A stretch of DNA of 63,312 bases, the filler included, from Bacteriovoracaceae bacterium (GTDB lineage Bacteria > Bdellovibrionota > Bacteriovoracia > Bacteriovoracales > Bacteriovoracaceae), in assembly GCA_018649885.1 (NCBI GenBank). It is 3 parts of 3 records of this genome, joined end to end, with 100 filler letters (N's around TTAATTAATTAA, not from the genome) between each part and the next. Parts side by side here need not be neighbours in the genome. Positions count along the whole stretch, not along the records: positions 35,560 to 63,312 come from JABIHA010000115.1; 2 more parts are not named here. The stretch is one strand, 5' to 3'. This document shows positions 60,721-63,312 of the stretch, in pieces (within the stretch, counting starts at the first letter, position 1; each line of letters starts with the position of its first letter). The position numbers and the translations under genes were made by a program. The notes under the pieces were generated by a model. It was not told the DNA's origin, made no database searches, and saw nothing but the letters and a program-made list of their open reading frames with translations.

Positions 60721-61510
60721 TCAACATAGAAATTACAGAATATATTTGAAAACAATCTTAGGTGATCGTGTTGCTAACAATCCACAGTACTCATTAAGAT
60801 CTTTTTCAAAAAATTTAGGCCTAGCAGCTTCGACTCTTTCGGAGATACTATCTGGAAAAAAGAATCTGTCTCAAAACCTATCGTTTAAAATTAGTCAAAA
60901 TCTAGGTCTTTCTAAGCTTGAATGCGAGTATTTCTGTCTTTTGACAGAATTAGAGAGGGCCAAAAATGCTGAAATTAAGGAGCTTATCCTAGATAAAATT
61001 AATACTATAAATCCCAATAGAGAATCTCATGATCTAAGCGTAGACATTTTTCGTTACTTATCTGATTGGTACCACTTACCAATCTTAGTTTTAACGGGAG
61101 TAAAAAATTTTGAATTTAACGCTGGCAATGTATCTAAAAAATTAAAAATAAATAAACAATTAGCTGAACTAGCAATTGATCGCATGATCAGACTGGAGCT
61201 TATCAGCTACCAAGGCGGTGTCTATAAATCCACAAACTCCAGGTGGTTAACAAGCTCAAATATTCCCAATAAGGCCTTAGTGAGCTTTTATCAAAAAATG
61301 TTAACAAAGGCCCAGAAGGCACTTGAAACACAAACGCCTTCTGAGCGCGTATCCGGTTCAGAGACTTTTTCATTTTCAACTGAGCAAATTGAAGAGGCCA
61401 AAGATATAACTAATCGTTACTTTGATGACATTTTAAATTTGGCATCAAAAAAAGAAGATTCACAAGATATTTTTCATTTAGAAGTTCATTTGTTTAATTT
61501 AACAAAATAG
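60713..61510 (+). CDS. TIGR02147-family protein (N-terminal HTH plus DUF4423)
   Basis: NPQYSLRSFSKNLGL..STLSEILSGKK, LSDWYH.PI, and C-terminal FHLEVHLFNLT; probable start ATG 60713. Confidence 0.88.
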   Translation: MIYQHRNYRIYLKTILGDRVANNPQYSLRSFSKNLGLAASTLSEILSGKKNLSQNLSFKISQNLGLSKLECEYFCLLTELERAKNAEIKELILDKINTINPNRESHDLSVDIFRYLSDWYHLPILVLTGVKNFEFNAGNVSKKLKINKQLAELAIDRMIRLELISYQGGVYKSTNSRWLTSSNIPNKALVSFYQKMLTKAQKALETQTPSERVSGSETFSFSTEQIEEAKDITNRYFDDILNLASKKEDSQDIFHLEVHLFNLTK

Positions 61511-61519
61511 GAGATTACC

Positions 61520-63130
61520 ATGTGCAAACTAATCAACTTTTCCAGAGTACTGATTCTATTTGCTATGTTTGCTTTTTTTTGCAGCAATATTTTTTGTCAA
61601 GAACGAGTTTCTACTGGTACTCGAGGTGGAGGAGATTTTACTATCGATGCTAAAGGGCATCCTGGATTGAAGGATTTATTAACCAACACAACTTGTGACT
61701 GGTTTGAAGCTTCAGAAATAGCCCTTGCATTTCCAATGCTTGAGCAGATTCTCTCATCTATAGAAGCACAATCACCATACCTAAGGTTTATGATAGAAGA
61801 CAATATTACAAAACTCGATGTGTGCAAAACAGGTGAATTGATTCAAATAGCTACGGAAGATATTGATGGAGTTACAGTAGAGACATTAGATAAAGTACAA
61901 GTGGCCATTCGAATAAATAGTGATATTTATGTTAATTGGGATTTACTGAGAAGCAGTGATGATAAGACCCAGGGTTTCATTTTTGTGCACGAAGTTTTGC
62001 ATTCATTTATTCCAATGGATACACCTCAACGAAATAATAAACTAAGGAGTTTTGTGAAAACTCTTGAAAGAAATTTTGTTGAAAAAATGGAGCATAAGCA
62101 TTTCAAACTACAAGTCAAAAAAAATAAGATTGCGATCTCACAGATGGCGCTAGATTTATCAAAACCCCAAGTGGAACTTATTAAAGTAGCGCTAAATAAA
62201 AAGGAAGAAAAAACGGCAAGATATAAAACGGTTTATGCTGCAAGAGATATTATCGGAATTCTACACCCGACACATTCCCATCCGATTTCTAAAAACTATG
62301 ACACTCTGATAAATAAGATTGAACAGGGCTATAGTGATCCCTATGGCAAGCTCGATATACAATTTTTTCAAGAGATATTCAAAGAAGACTTAGAACTCAG
62401 TGGTGCACTAATAGGTAAGGCCATTGGAGCGCTATCGGGTTCCATGCTGTCCGAAGCTCATGAAATACTACGTGAGATTTTGACAAAAAAAGAGGACAGC
62501 TTACATATTAACTATGAGAAAATTGAACCAAGGTTCGTTCCGGGAGATATCTTGTATGTGTTTTATAAACTAAATCCTGAGAGGTATATTTCCGATGTTG
62601 ACCTAGGGTATAGGGTAGACCTAACTGACGAGATGTACAGGAGAAATGATCTCCAAGCGATGATTGAAGTAGGAGGTAATGTGAGAAATGGTATCTTAGT
62701 ATCTTTAAATAATGATGACTTAGATTCTGCAAAAGTATTTTTAGATAATAAAGAATATTTTTCTCAAATCGATAATGAGTATTACAGCGACTTGAGGTCA
62801 AAGTTACTACAACAGGACGACAGTTTTGATAGCTATAGGAAATATGTAGAAAGATATGGTTTACTTGATTGTGATAGATATAAGTATCAAGGTCGTAGTG
62901 CTTATCGCTACGGATATAAAACTTATTTTCATCCCACCAGTTTTAAAACAGATATTGGTATAGCAATTGATATATCGGAAGAGTTTTTAAAGTGGATACT
63001 TGAACAGACTACATTTTGTGATCGACGCGAAGGAATAGCATTGTTAAGAAAAGTTCTTACTGAGCACAAGGGTAGTGCTAGTAAAAATGCGAAGAGATAT
63101 ATGAGAAGATTTATAAGAAATATGAAGTAA
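61520..63130 (+). CDS. Secreted hypothetical protein with RGGGD and HExxH motifs
   Basis: Signal peptide; STGTRGGGD near the mature N-terminus; FVHEVLH. Confidence 0.7.
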   Translation: MCKLINFSRVLILFAMFAFFCSNIFCQERVSTGTRGGGDFTIDAKGHPGLKDLLTNTTCDWFEASEIALAFPMLEQILSSIEAQSPYLRFMIEDNITKLDVCKTGELIQIATEDIDGVTVETLDKVQVAIRINSDIYVNWDLLRSSDDKTQGFIFVHEVLHSFIPMDTPQRNNKLRSFVKTLERNFVEKMEHKHFKLQVKKNKIAISQMALDLSKPQVELIKVALNKKEEKTARYKTVYAARDIIGILHPTHSHPISKNYDTLINKIEQGYSDPYGKLDIQFFQEIFKEDLELSGALIGKAIGALSGSMLSEAHEILREILTKKEDSLHINYEKIEPRFVPGDILYVFYKLNPERYISDVDLGYRVDLTDEMYRRNDLQAMIEVGGNVRNGILVSLNNDDLDSAKVFLDNKEYFSQIDNEYYSDLRSKLLQQDDSFDSYRKYVERYGLLDCDRYKYQGRSAYRYGYKTYFHPTSFKTDIGIAIDISEEFLKWILEQTTFCDRREGIALLRKVLTEHKGSASKNAKRYMRRFIRNMK

Positions 63131-63312
63131 ATATTTTAGAAGTGTGCCATGCATGTGGGGTGGTATGTTAAGTGGAAGTAACACGAGTCGCGTTTACAAC
63201 ACCTGACTAAAATTGCCTTTTAATTTTGAGTCATACGTCTTCAGTTAAAATTGTAATTACTACAGAACAATTTTAACAAAGGAAAAACGTATGACTCATC
63301 AACAGTATCTCA

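Overview
AT-rich bacterial DNA, most likely from Bdellovibrionota (Bacteriovoracia/Halobacteriovorax-like). This is inferred from the TIGR02147-type gene, the DUF222-like HNH gene and the many secreted orphan genes. The window is three contigs joined by artificial N-TTAATTAATTAA-N spacers (4761-4860, 35460-35559), so adjacency across those points carries no information. Contig A (1-4760): an HNH nuclease with an upstream 145-bp tandem repeat, two secreted proteins and a 35-bp tandem repeat. Contig B (4861-35459): a Cys-repeat secreted protein, rrf2-sufBCDSU-nfu, argS, a GH15 glucoamylase, a T4/eukaryote-like two-subunit topoisomerase II with an H1-like tail followed by btpA and pfkB genes, a matrixin, a Na/Pi transporter, a degenerate Xer-like protein and rnc-era-der. 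Contig C (35560-63312): sixA, ppk2, groES-groEL, two cytochromes, a PAS kinase, a sigma54/CsrA-type matrixin unit, a QueD-like gene, a peptide ABC transporter, psd, an aminotransferase and a TIGR02147 locus with a duplicated operator/promoter. I could not support any rRNA, tRNA, CRISPR array or prophage. All family assignments come from reading motifs by eye; no database search was run.
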